Shown here one piece after another: positions 31,347 to 40,462 of a stretch of 64,000 bases of DNA. Under the pieces are notes generated by a model. That model was not told where the DNA came from and did not search any database. It was given only the letters and a program-made list of their open reading frames with translations. The stretch is from Candidatus Poribacteria bacterium (GTDB lineage: Bacteria; Poribacteria; WGA-4E; PCPOR2b). Location of the stretch: positions 2,368,001 through 2,432,000 of the forward strand of contig OZ242351.1 of NCBI GenBank assembly GCA_965208675.1. Direction: 5' to 3'. Within the stretch, counting starts at the first letter, position 1; each line of letters begins with the position of its first letter. The translations under genes and the position numbers were made by a program.

Positions 31347-31482
31347 TTTATCTCCTCCAATATCTGAATTATAAACTAACCAATAGCATCATCCATACAA
31401 ATGCGTAAGCGTCCAATAGATCGAGAAGCAGGAAATAATCCCACCTTCTCTCGACCTATTGGAGGGTTTGGATGGGAGCCCG

Positions 31483-32250
31483 TTACGGGGCGTGTTTGAT
31501 TGTTGCCCATGTGGTCACTAGCGACCCTTCAGGCGATACGGCTTCCCCGTCGCTGCCTAAAAACAGTGACGATACTTCGTCTGCACTGAGCGCACGATTA
31601 TAGACACGCAAGTTGTCCATGCAACCCACAAACGAATTCAATCCGATATTCCCAAGCCAAAGATCGGATTCGTTTTGTTCGATTGGTCCGGGGATTCCGT
31701 CATTGCCGCCGACAACTTCGCCGTCAATGTAGTGGGTCGATACTTGTCCGTCCAACGTCGCCGTAACAAGATGCCACTCGTTCACACTTAGCGGCTCTGC
31801 GGGAGCAGTACCGTGCCAACCGCCCTCTGCTCGAATTTCAAGGCGGCCGCCTCCCCTGAGGAGATCGAAGTTGTATTGTTGGTGTTTGTAAATCAGTCGG
31901 TTCTCACCATCGGGGTCAAAAGATTCCTGATTGACCCAGACTGCAACCGTGAACGCGTTTGTAACCAAAAGCCCTGCGCCAGAAATTGACGCCTTTCGGT
32001 CGGGGTCGGCAAAGCGCAAGCATTTGCCGCCCTGATAGCCGTCATCTGACCGCTCGGCGGTTTGAATCGTCCCGTCATTACCATTTCCGGTGATATCCAT
32101 CAGGACATCGCCATCGCCCTCAAAGTCGAAGTGTGCGAGGAGCCCCGCCTCAAGGTCAGCGGATACCGGCGAAACCATCCCCCACGCCAATACAGTAAGG
32201 GCAGAAATCAAACTCAACACCAAGTGACGTTGCATAAAATTTACCTCCAA
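31483..32250 (-). CDS. Secreted LamG-like jelly-roll protein, tandem paralogue of 30591-31346
   Basis: Shares GENRxIYKHQQYNxDLL; tail AVSPEGSLVTTWATIK. Confidence 0.9.
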   Translation of the reverse strand: MEVNFMQRHLVLSLISALTVLAWGMVSPVSADLEAGLLAHFDFEGDGDVLMDITGNGNDGTIQTAERSDDGYQGGKCLRFADPDRKASISGAGLLVTNAFTVAVWVNQESFDPDGENRLIYKHQQYNFDLLRGGGRLEIRAEGGWHGTAPAEPLSVNEWHLVTATLDGQVSTHYIDGEVVGGNDGIPGPIEQNESDLWLGNIGLNSFVGCMDNLRVYNRALSADEVSSLFLGSDGEAVSPEGSLVTTWATIKHAP

Positions 32251-32345
32251 ATGGGTTATTATTCGCTATGTGCCTCAAGATACGTGAAAATAACAGTATA
32301 GCATGATTTACTGGATGCTCGCCACAAAAAAACTCTCGCCATATT

Positions 32346-33224
32346 TCACAGCTTCGTTGCGGCAATACCCACCCAACAGTGTTGCTTCTGAATCTCAATA
32401 CATTGAAACCCGTTCGCTCGCAATAGAATTTCAATCTCACCCGCTTCATTCCCCATAATTCCTGACAATACAACTTTCCCTTCACTTTTGAGATATTGCG
32501 GACAGTGAGGAATCATGGGGAGAATTACCTCCGAAAGCGTGTTGGATATGATGAGGTGGTATGTACCGCACAGCGCATTCAGCCCGTCGCCCTGCTTCAG
32601 ACGAACGATGGGTTCGACGCCATTGCGTAGAACATTTTCCGACGCAATCGGCATCACTGTCTCATCTATATCTGTGGCATCGACCCGCTTGGCGCCGAGC
32701 TTGGCTGCCGCAATTGATAAGATGCCAGTTCCGGTGCCAATGTCGGCGGCAATGTCGCCCTTCCTGATTACCCTCTCTAACAGCTCCATTGACACCTGGG
32801 TCGTCGGATGATGCCCAGTCCCAAACGCCATTCCCGGATCTAATCGGATTAGGATTTCCAATTCATTGGGCGTAAACTCATGCCATGTTGGGGCGATAAC
32901 GAGGCGTTTACCGATGCGGCGAGGGTGGAAGCCGGATCGCCACTTCGCTGACCAATCTTCTTCTTCAACCTCGCTCAACCAAACTTCCGCCGGATGTGGA
33001 TTCATCCCAAATTCGGGAAGCTGCGCTAGATATTTTTGTACCGCCTGTATACGATCACTAACAATATCGTCCGTGCGAAAGTAGGATATTAGCTTCACCG
33101 CGGATTGGGGCGAGGTCGAATCTTCTTTAACCTCAATGCCGCTCGCATTCAACTCAAACAAGTAATTCGAGACAGCGTCAACTGCTTCTTGAGAGGTTAC
33201 CACGGTGACCTGCGTCCATCTCAT
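32346..33224 (-). CDS. prmA: Ribosomal protein L11 methyltransferase
   Basis: EEEDWSAKW, LDPGMAFGTGHHPTT, DIGTGTGILSI. Start placed at MRWTQ. Confidence 0.93.
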   Translation of the reverse strand: MRWTQVTVVTSQEAVDAVSNYLFELNASGIEVKEDSTSPQSAVKLISYFRTDDIVSDRIQAVQKYLAQLPEFGMNPHPAEVWLSEVEEEDWSAKWRSGFHPRRIGKRLVIAPTWHEFTPNELEILIRLDPGMAFGTGHHPTTQVSMELLERVIRKGDIAADIGTGTGILSIAAAKLGAKRVDATDIDETVMPIASENVLRNGVEPIVRLKQGDGLNALCGTYHLIISNTLSEVILPMIPHCPQYLKSEGKVVLSGIMGNEAGEIEILLRANGFQCIEIQKQHCWVGIAATKL

Positions 33225-33289
33225 AATACTAACGCCATTTTGGGTTGCGTCCGATAAACTTCCCTCAACGCCGCCGATAGACGAACGCA

Positions 33290-34180
33290 TTAGATGGAGC
33301 CGGGTTGTGATTCCCCTTTGTAATTTGGACCGTAGTGAGGACCGATCAGGTTTTCGCTAACTCCGGGCCCCGACTGGCCGCCTGTGATTAGGAAATCGTC
33401 GCCTATGCCGCACAACCATTTGTACATGTCAGCGACATACTTGGTTAGGTGGCGAGGAATTCGATCAAAAAGCGCCGTCCCCAAATTGAAGTCCGGCTCA
33501 ATAATCCAATCCCTTTCCGGGCTTACTGTACGCCAGTAGTCGTATTTCAGCATGTGCCGCACGCCCGATGCTGTAGCGTCGCTTTTTCGATGCAGAATGC
33601 TTTGGGAATGGACAGCAAGCGTACCAGCCGGTCCGGCGGAGGAAACCCCTTGAGCCAGTTCCGGCGCATAAGGCGGATCAAGGTGCGATGTTGGTACAAT
33701 TTCGGTAGGCCCCATCTCTGGCGGCGTATCCTGCGGAACGTAAAATACCTCAATGAAGTTGATTTTTGGTCCACTCACGAATCCACCGTCATGATGCCAT
33801 CCCTGTGAGGGGGACGGACAGTTTGTGGAATGCCGGCTCATGAGGACAGGCAGCCCGACATTTCTGCCCAGCAGCGATCGTAATACACCGGTCACTTGCG
33901 GATTGAGAACCACATTGTCAACGAACCATTCCTCTAGGAAGAGCGTGCTCGGTTCATGAGAGTTGCGGATTCTCTCTAAATCCCGGCGGTTGCGTCCCTC
34001 GGGAATATAACTCGGGTTCGATGGAAGTTCTCCATTTAGATAGGCGCACGTGCGTTGATTCGTTTCATCATCAATCACACCTTCCAGGATTAGGTACCCA
34101 TCTCGGCAGAAATCCAAAATCTGTGTGTCGGTTAGGGTCGGTTCACAGTCAAAGGTTCTATTGATTTTGTCATATTTCAT
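33290..34180 (-). CDS. Phytanoyl-CoA dioxygenase (PhyH) family protein
   Basis: FCRDGYLIL, WHHD, QDTPPEMGPTEIVPTSH, H..ILH facial triad. Confidence 0.85.
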   Translation of the reverse strand: MKYDKINRTFDCEPTLTDTQILDFCRDGYLILEGVIDDETNQRTCAYLNGELPSNPSYIPEGRNRRDLERIRNSHEPSTLFLEEWFVDNVVLNPQVTGVLRSLLGRNVGLPVLMSRHSTNCPSPSQGWHHDGGFVSGPKINFIEVFYVPQDTPPEMGPTEIVPTSHLDPPYAPELAQGVSSAGPAGTLAVHSQSILHRKSDATASGVRHMLKYDYWRTVSPERDWIIEPDFNLGTALFDRIPRHLTKYVADMYKWLCGIGDDFLITGGQSGPGVSENLIGPHYGPNYKGESQPGSI

Positions 34181-34308
34181 CGTGGATCACCCCAATCAAG
34201 TTTGAAGTCTCTTCGTTCTTCTGCATGCCAGCCGAAACTCAAACCAGCGGTATTAGTTATTATTACGTATTGGCGATTCTCCGTCAACCCAAAATTACGC
34301 ATATGTCA

Positions 34309-35289
34309 TTATGCCGCGTCCCAATCGAGCAGTACCCCCATGGCTTCGTTCATCCGGTTGTAGAGTAAATCAAACGCGTCCGCGGCCTGGCTAAATGAAA
34401 ATCGGTGAGTTGTCATCTGCTCTGTCCGGATGATTCCGGATCCGAGAAGTCCCATTGCGCGGCGAGAAATCCCCGCTCCAACCGTCTGGCCGTAGTAACC
34501 TCCGAGTATCTGCCGCCGCTGAATTTTGCCGCTCCACAGCGGCAGCGGCGAATCTTCGTACAGTCCAATCAAATGCAATAAACCCCCAACAGCGAGCATA
34601 TCTAACCCTTGGTCGAATGCGTCGGGGCCCCCAGGTCCGCCGACGGCGTACACAACAATATCGGCGCCAATACCGTTGGTTAGCCGGCGGACAGCTCGAA
34701 CTGCATCTTCATCAGACGCGTTGATGACAACGTCGGCGCCCAAACCTTCAGCTAACCGACACCGGTTGTCCAATGTGTCAATTGCAATTACACGCCCATT
34801 GCCGTTGGCTTTTGCGACCTGCATGATTAGGCTGCCGACCAGTCCTTGCCCCACTATGGCAACCGTGTCATTCGGTTGAATGTTTTCAATGTCCACCCAT
34901 GCTACCGCGCCCGACACCAGGGGATAGTAGGGAGCCTGATCAAAATTGACAGCCGATAGCATGGGAACCACTTGCGCGTGCTCCTGCGGAGAACTTACAC
35001 GCGCGGGTCGAACAACATATTGAGCGTGCGGCGCCGAAGCAACCACCCGATCGCCTACCGAGAAGTGCTCAACGCCCGAACCGACAGCGTCAACAACTCC
35101 CGCCAGCGAGTATCCCATCCGTTCCGGGTCAATCGCTGATGCTCGTGTATACCGTCCACCCATCTCCGATCCCCGGCTGATAAGGCTCCGTACCGCTTTG
35201 ACACGAACCTCGCCGCGGCCCGGTTCAGGCGTAGGAACCTCCTCTAAGACGATATTAAACTTCCCTTCCGGTTTGCAAACCCGTTTCAC
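34309..35289 (-). CDS. Zinc-binding alcohol dehydrogenase (MDR) family protein
   Basis: SLISRGSE, GYSLAGVV, Rossmann motif GQGLVG. Confidence 0.85.
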   Translation of the reverse strand: MKRVCKPEGKFNIVLEEVPTPEPGRGEVRVKAVRSLISRGSEMGGRYTRASAIDPERMGYSLAGVVDAVGSGVEHFSVGDRVVASAPHAQYVVRPARVSSPQEHAQVVPMLSAVNFDQAPYYPLVSGAVAWVDIENIQPNDTVAIVGQGLVGSLIMQVAKANGNGRVIAIDTLDNRCRLAEGLGADVVINASDEDAVRAVRRLTNGIGADIVVYAVGGPGGPDAFDQGLDMLAVGGLLHLIGLYEDSPLPLWSGKIQRRQILGGYYGQTVGAGISRRAMGLLGSGIIRTEQMTTHRFSFSQAADAFDLLYNRMNEAMGVLLDWDAA

Positions 35290-35524
35290 AGTCCGTCCTT
35301 TCTACCACGGACTTTTGACGAACATTGCTTACAAACGGTTGAATTGATGTTACATGCCGCGCCGTGGTTCTAGGTCGTTTTTAAGGTATACTCACTCGTC
35401 GTGTGCGTTCACGCAGTTCGCAATTTAGCAAAGACCATATATGATGTCAACCCAAAAATCGAGATTTTGCCGTTTAATCTATGCCGCCCAAAAGACTTTA
35501 GCGACAGATTGAGTTTCTTTCAAC

Positions 35525-35553
35525 TTGACAACGCAATCCAGTTATGATATTAT
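35525..35553 (+). promoter_or_regulatory. sigma70-type promoter of rplM
   Basis: TTGACA-17 nt-TATTAT with extended TG. Confidence 0.75.
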
Positions 35554-35653
35554 TTCGGGCTGTGCTCAACATCAATGGTGCTTCATCTATAGAAGTTGGA
35601 TCGCTAGTAAAGTGCAGGGCACACATTCTTGTGATTACGCGTAGGAGCAGATT

Positions 35654-36091
35654 ATGCTTACAATGAAATCATACGTTTTTAAAGAATCAGATTGGGAAAT
35701 CAAGTGGTATGTCGTAGACGCGAATGGAAAAGTGCTCGGGCGGTTGGCGACTCAAATTGCGACGATTCTACGGGGAAAGCACCGTCCGACTTTTACCCCG
35801 CATGCCGATATGGGGTACCGCGTCGCCGTAGTTAATGCCGAGAAGGTCATCGTCACGGGAAAGAAATCGGAACAGAAAACCTACTTTCGTTACAGCGGTT
35901 ATCCAAGCGGGGACAAATACACCACCTTCAAAGAACAGATGCAGAAAAAACCTGAAGAAATCATACGGCATGCGGTGAAGGGAATGCTGCCGAAAAATCG
36001 CTTGGGACGTAAACTGATAGGAAAGTTAAAGGTTTACGCCGGACCGAATCATCCGCACGATGCGCAGCAACCCGAAATAGTGGAGATATAA
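35654..36091 (+). CDS. rplM: 50S ribosomal protein L13
   Basis: [35 protein letters not shown]. Confidence 0.98.
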   Translation: MLTMKSYVFKESDWEIKWYVVDANGKVLGRLATQIATILRGKHRPTFTPHADMGYRVAVVNAEKVIVTGKKSEQKTYFRYSGYPSGDKYTTFKEQMQKKPEEIIRHAVKGMLPKNRLGRKLIGKLKVYAGPNHPHDAQQPEIVEI

Positions 36092-36434
36092 CCCTTAGTA
36101 AGGGCTTTGTGGTGGTTTCAACTGGAAATTCGCTTATGAAATTAACGGGTTTTAGAATCTGTTGAAAATCCATTTTTTTATTAGAGCGTCAGTTGATTTA
36201 AGCCTAAGCCCCAGATGGGATCTTCGATCATCAAATCGAAGATAGTTTTTTCAGTAAAATAGTAAGGTCAATTTACGATACATCGAAAGCCCCAGCGGGG
36301 CGACAGATTATTGCAACTCAAACACCCAAGAATGGCATTGTCACCTATTATTCAAACAGGTTTGTAACCGCAATTGGAATTTATCTATCAGTAGTTTTAT
36401 GACTAGACAACGGATTTGAAACTGAGGAGATGGT

Positions 36435-36830
36435 ATGGCAGCGGAACAATATTGGGGAACAGGGCGGCGTAAAACCTCCGTGGCACGCGTTAGGTTAGTC
36501 GAGGATGGATCTGGACAGTTCGTAGTCAATAGAAAACCGATTGAGGAATACTTTGATCGGGCCGACCACGTTCAGATTGCGAAACAACCGTTTGGAGTTA
36601 TTGAAAGAAGCAGCGAATATGATGTCTTCGTGAACGCACATGGCGGCGGTATCTCGGGGCAAGCGGGAGCGATTCTGCACGGACTTGCCCGCGCCCTCGT
36701 TAAGGCGGATGAGTCTTTCAAACCCACCCTGAAAAAAGCAGGATTCTTGACCCGGGATGCGCGAATGGTTGAACGCAAAAAATATGGACAGAAAGGCGCG
36801 CGCGCACGGTTCCAATTCTCCAAACGCTAG
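36435..36830 (+). CDS. rpsI: 30S ribosomal protein S9
   Basis: [38 protein letters not shown]. Confidence 0.98.
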   Translation: MAAEQYWGTGRRKTSVARVRLVEDGSGQFVVNRKPIEEYFDRADHVQIAKQPFGVIERSSEYDVFVNAHGGGISGQAGAILHGLARALVKADESFKPTLKKAGFLTRDARMVERKKYGQKGARARFQFSKR

Positions 36831-36870
36831 ATTCTTCTTATTGTAGGGAATCTCATCGAGGATGTAAATC

Positions 36871-38163
36871 ATGCCAAATATCGCTATATTGGGTGCCCAA
36901 TGGGGCGATGAAAGCAAAGGCAAAACCACGGATTTTCTCGCTGAAAAAGCCGACATTGTTGCAAGGTATCAAGGCGGTGATAACGCGGGGCATACTATCG
37001 TTATCGGTGACGAGAAATACATTCTTCATCTGCTTCCGTCCGGTATTCTTCACCCCCATACCGTAAATGTGATTGGCAACGGTGTGGTCATTAATCTGGA
37101 AACGCTTTTCGCTGAAATCAATGAGCTAGTTGCACGTGGGATTGAGGTTGGCGGCCGCCTGAAGATTAGTTCCCGAGCCCACTTAATCCTCCCTTACCAC
37201 AAGATAATGGAATCGTGGGACGACTTGGGAAGCGGGTTAAAGATAGGCACCACCTCGCGCGGAATTGGACCAACATACGTCGATAAGATGAACCGCCATT
37301 CGGGGATAAGGGTCGCGGATCTGCTTGAGTTCGACCTCTTCCAGAAGAAATTTGACTTCAACCTTGAAGCCAAAGATTACGTCCTCAATCAGATCGGCGG
37401 CGAGATTGATAGAAACGCCTTGCTTGAGAAATACTACGAATACGCTCAGCAACTTGCGCCCTATGTCATTGATACCCCTGAATTTATGCACCGAGAGATG
37501 AAAGCTGGGAAGCAGGTGCTCTTTGAAGGTGCGCAGGGGACGATGCTCGATATCGATTTTGGAACATATCCGTATGTCACGTCGTCCAATACTACCGTCG
37601 GTGCGGTATGTACAGGGCTGGGCGTCGCACCCAAAGCGATAGGTCACGTTTTGGGGGTCTCAAAAGCCTACGTGACACGTGTCGGGGGCGGCCCATTCCC
37701 GACAGAGATGCCGCCAGATTTGGATGAAGAGATACGCCGTATCGGCGAAGAATATGGCGCAACGACCCAGCGGCCGCGCCGGTGCGGCTGGCTAGATCTT
37801 GTCGCACTGCGCTATGCAACGCAAATTAACGGCTTTACCGGTATTGTTCTGACGAAATTTGATGTCTTAGACTGCCTTGATGAAATCCAAATCTGCGTTG
37901 CGTATCAGCGTGATGGCGAGGAAGTATCGGCGTTTCCGGCGAACTTACGGACTCTCGCTGAATGTGAGCCTGTTTACGAAACACTGCCCGGCTGGAAACA
38001 GTCAACCGCCGATGTTCGCCGATACGAAGATTTGCCAACGACCGCAAAGCGATACATCTCGTACGTCGCTGAATTCTTAGACGTGCCCATTGTTATGGCT
38101 TCCGTAGGTAAAGATCGGGCACAAACGGTAATTTGCGATTCAGATTTTCTCTCATCTGATTGA
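36871..38163 (+). CDS. purA: Adenylosuccinate synthetase
   Basis: GAQWGDESKGK, GGDNAGHT, EGAQGTMLDID, RPRRCGWLD. Confidence 0.98.
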   Translation: MPNIAILGAQWGDESKGKTTDFLAEKADIVARYQGGDNAGHTIVIGDEKYILHLLPSGILHPHTVNVIGNGVVINLETLFAEINELVARGIEVGGRLKISSRAHLILPYHKIMESWDDLGSGLKIGTTSRGIGPTYVDKMNRHSGIRVADLLEFDLFQKKFDFNLEAKDYVLNQIGGEIDRNALLEKYYEYAQQLAPYVIDTPEFMHREMKAGKQVLFEGAQGTMLDIDFGTYPYVTSSNTTVGAVCTGLGVAPKAIGHVLGVSKAYVTRVGGGPFPTEMPPDLDEEIRRIGEEYGATTQRPRRCGWLDLVALRYATQINGFTGIVLTKFDVLDCLDEIQICVAYQRDGEEVSAFPANLRTLAECEPVYETLPGWKQSTADVRRYEDLPTTAKRYISYVAEFLDVPIVMASVGKDRAQTVICDSDFLSSD

Positions 38164-38209
38164 TCGCCCGCTGGTTGAGATGCGGCCACACCGATGTCAA
38201 TACGCTGCC

Positions 38210-38239
38210 TTGACATTTTGGGTCACAATTCGGTATCAT
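38210..38239 (+). promoter_or_regulatory. Promoter of the tRNA pair
   Basis: TTGACA-18 nt-TATCAT. Confidence 0.6.
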
Positions 38240-38274
38240 TTATCGCTATCTACAATAGCGGCACCGCCAACTTA

Positions 38275-38347
38275 GGGCCGTTAGCTCAGTTGGTAGAGCA
38301 TCTGACTTTTAATCAGGTGGTCACAGGTTCGACCCCTGTACGGCCCA
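38275..38347 (+). tRNA. tRNA-Lys (UUU)
   Basis: GGGCCGT acceptor stem, D-loop TAGCTCAGTTGGTAGAGC, anticodon arm CTGAC-TTTTA-ATCAG, GGTTCGA T-loop; CCA not encoded. Confidence 0.97.
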
Positions 38348-38353
38348 CCTATC

Positions 38354-38428
38354 GTCCCCGTCGTCTAGCCTGGCCAAGGACACCAGCCTTTCACGCTGGC
38401 GACACGGGTTCAAATCCCGTCGGGGACG
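38354..38428 (+). tRNA. tRNA-Glu (UUC)
   Basis: GTCCCCG/CGGGGAC acceptor stem, anticodon arm CCAGC-CTTTCAC-GCTGG, GGTTCAAATCC. Confidence 0.96.
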
Positions 38429-38438
38429 TCCAATCTTT

Positions 38439-38473
38439 AGCCCCTTCCACGCCATGTGGTAGGGGCTTTTTTT
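38439..38473 (+). terminator. Rho-independent terminator after the tRNAs
   Basis: AGCCCCT-TCCAC...GTGGT-AGGGGCT followed by a T run. Confidence 0.85.
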
Positions 38474-38611
38474 CTCAATGGGTAAATGAACATTCTTCTC
38501 ACATGACAATGCGGCTGTAACAAGATTAGTCTGTTTTCCGCTAATAGTTATAACGCACCTACACATACATCACATTAATGGCTGCGGCTTGGCGGCAAAT
38601 CCGTTTGAAAA

Positions 38612-40228
38612 TTGCCGCCACCTCAAACCCGTGGGTCGGGCTTCCTAGCCCCGCATCACCTAAGTGCATCCAAGCGGGGCACGTTGCCCCGTCTACGTGG
38701 ACCGGACTTACAATCCGCACTCCTGAAGCGAAAGAAAGCGAGCTGTCAATTGAACGAAGACCAAAAACCAGGCAGGGTAGACATCCCACCAATCAGCGGT
38801 GTCTTTGGTGAATCGTGGTCGCTCAAGAAACTGATCGGACTGCTCGCCGTTTTTGGCCCCGCAGCAATTGTGGCGTCGGTCAGCATCGGCGCGGGTGAGA
38901 CCATTGTCGTCGTACGCGCCGGAGCTTGGGCTGGCTATAGATTGCTTTGGCTCGTGCTGCTCAGTTGCGTAGTCAAGGGCGTATTTGTCACCTATCTGCT
39001 GGGCCGCTACACTGCCGTCAGCGGTGAACACATCGGGCACCGCTTAGCTCGGTTGCCCGGTCCCCGCGGTTGGCTGCCGCTGTCGATCGTGGCGATGGAA
39101 ATGCTCGGCGCGCCGCTCGCTTGGGTACCGATTGCCAAACCGTGCGGCGATCTGTTTCATTTTTTATTTCAAAGTTCGCTGTCACAGTCTATCACTGAAC
39201 CCATCTGGGAGAATATTTTCACGTCCTGCTTTATCACGCTTGCGCTTGCGTTCGGTTTGCGGCTCTCGTTTGAAAGGCTAGAAAAGCAGCAAATAATCAT
39301 CTGCCTTATCCTCGTCACCGGTACACTTATCGGCACGCTAATTGTCCGTCCCAATTTTAGGGAAGCAATCATCGGCAGCATTAGTTTCGGACACATCCCG
39401 CCGTTTCCCGCATGGGCGCCGCAGGATGCTATAAAAAATCCGCTGCTGACGATGGCAACAGCCTTCGGATACGTCGGCGGTTCCGTCATGGGGTACGTTG
39501 TCTATGCCAACTGGGTTGGGATGCACAGATGGGGTTTGACGGGTCACCAGAACATTGACACCATCCGCCAGCACGCGTTCACACGCGATAAAATCGACTA
39601 CCTGCCCGACTCGCCGGAGCAAGTGAGCCAGTTACGAAAGCTGGTAGCGCCGCTGCGGTGGGATGCCGGCATCGGAGCGGTCGTGCTTTTCATTGTGACG
39701 GGCGCGTTTATGTTATCCGGCGCCGCGGTGCTGTATCCCCTCCAAACCACGTTTGAAGGGTGGGGGCTGCTGACCAACCAAGCCCACGTCTGGAGCAACA
39801 TTCATGACTCGCTCGTCTGGGTGTACTACATCTGCATCATCGTAGCGCTTTGGGGTACTCTGCAAGCACTGCCCGAAATCTACGCACGCGTAATTCAGGA
39901 GTTCTTTCAGGCCGTCTGGCACCGACGCGACTGGGATTATCATAAAATCCGGCATGTCGTTTGCGTCTACATCTTCGTCGCCACAATCGTCCTCGTTTGG
40001 CTAAACGTCCCATTCGACATTCTGACCCAAATCGCAGGCTTCATTCTCGCAAACTTCTCAATCGCAGTGATGATGCTCGCCGCGCTGTATCTGAACTTCA
40101 AACTGCCCGCCGCCTACCGTACACACCCGCTCATGCTAATCGGCGCCATCGTATCGGCAGGCGTACTCATCATCTCCGCCGGGAGCAGCGGCTGGGGCTT
40201 GGCGGTAAAACTGTTCGGCGGTGCGTAA
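38612..40228 (+). CDS. Nramp/MntH-like (APC fold) transporter; true start probably near 38749
   Basis: FGPAAIVASVSIGAGE, GAWAGYRLLW, LGRYTAVSGE; about 11 TM helices. Confidence 0.8.
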   Translation: MPPPQTRGSGFLAPHHLSASKRGTLPRLRGPDLQSALLKRKKASCQLNEDQKPGRVDIPPISGVFGESWSLKKLIGLLAVFGPAAIVASVSIGAGETIVVVRAGAWAGYRLLWLVLLSCVVKGVFVTYLLGRYTAVSGEHIGHRLARLPGPRGWLPLSIVAMEMLGAPLAWVPIAKPCGDLFHFLFQSSLSQSITEPIWENIFTSCFITLALAFGLRLSFERLEKQQIIICLILVTGTLIGTLIVRPNFREAIIGSISFGHIPPFPAWAPQDAIKNPLLTMATAFGYVGGSVMGYVVYANWVGMHRWGLTGHQNIDTIRQHAFTRDKIDYLPDSPEQVSQLRKLVAPLRWDAGIGAVVLFIVTGAFMLSGAAVLYPLQTTFEGWGLLTNQAHVWSNIHDSLVWVYYICIIVALWGTLQALPEIYARVIQEFFQAVWHRRDWDYHKIRHVVCVYIFVATIVLVWLNVPFDILTQIAGFILANFSIAVMMLAALYLNFKLPAAYRTHPLMLIGAIVSAGVLIISAGSSGWGLAVKLFGGA

Positions 40229-40248
40229 AATATAGCATAACGATGAAA

Positions 40249-40453
40249 AGAAACCGAGTTTTTTGAAAAAACTCGGTTTCTCCTATCTCACACGCAAAAG
40301 TCCTCTCCTTTACTAAGGGGCATCAACTGTGCGGATAGCGAAGGCGATAGTCACCTTGTGTAATTTGAAACTATTTCGTCAAAACTCGGCTTCTGGTACT
40401 CGCTTACGAATACGAAAATCCTCCCCCTTACCAAGGGGGAGCTAGAGGGGGTT
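40249..40453. repeat. Composite palindromic repeat cluster (A: AGAAACCGAGTTTTTT/AAAAAACTCGGTTTCT; B: TCCCCCTTACCAAGGGGGA)
   Basis: Near-perfect palindromes; one clear and one degenerate A, one degenerate and one clear B. Confidence 0.85.
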
Positions 40454-40462
40454 CACCAAAAA

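Noticed and set aside
38275-38428. tRNA-anchored island with a duplicated att site
   Set aside because: I found no repeat of either tRNA 3' end downstream by eye; the check was not exhaustive.
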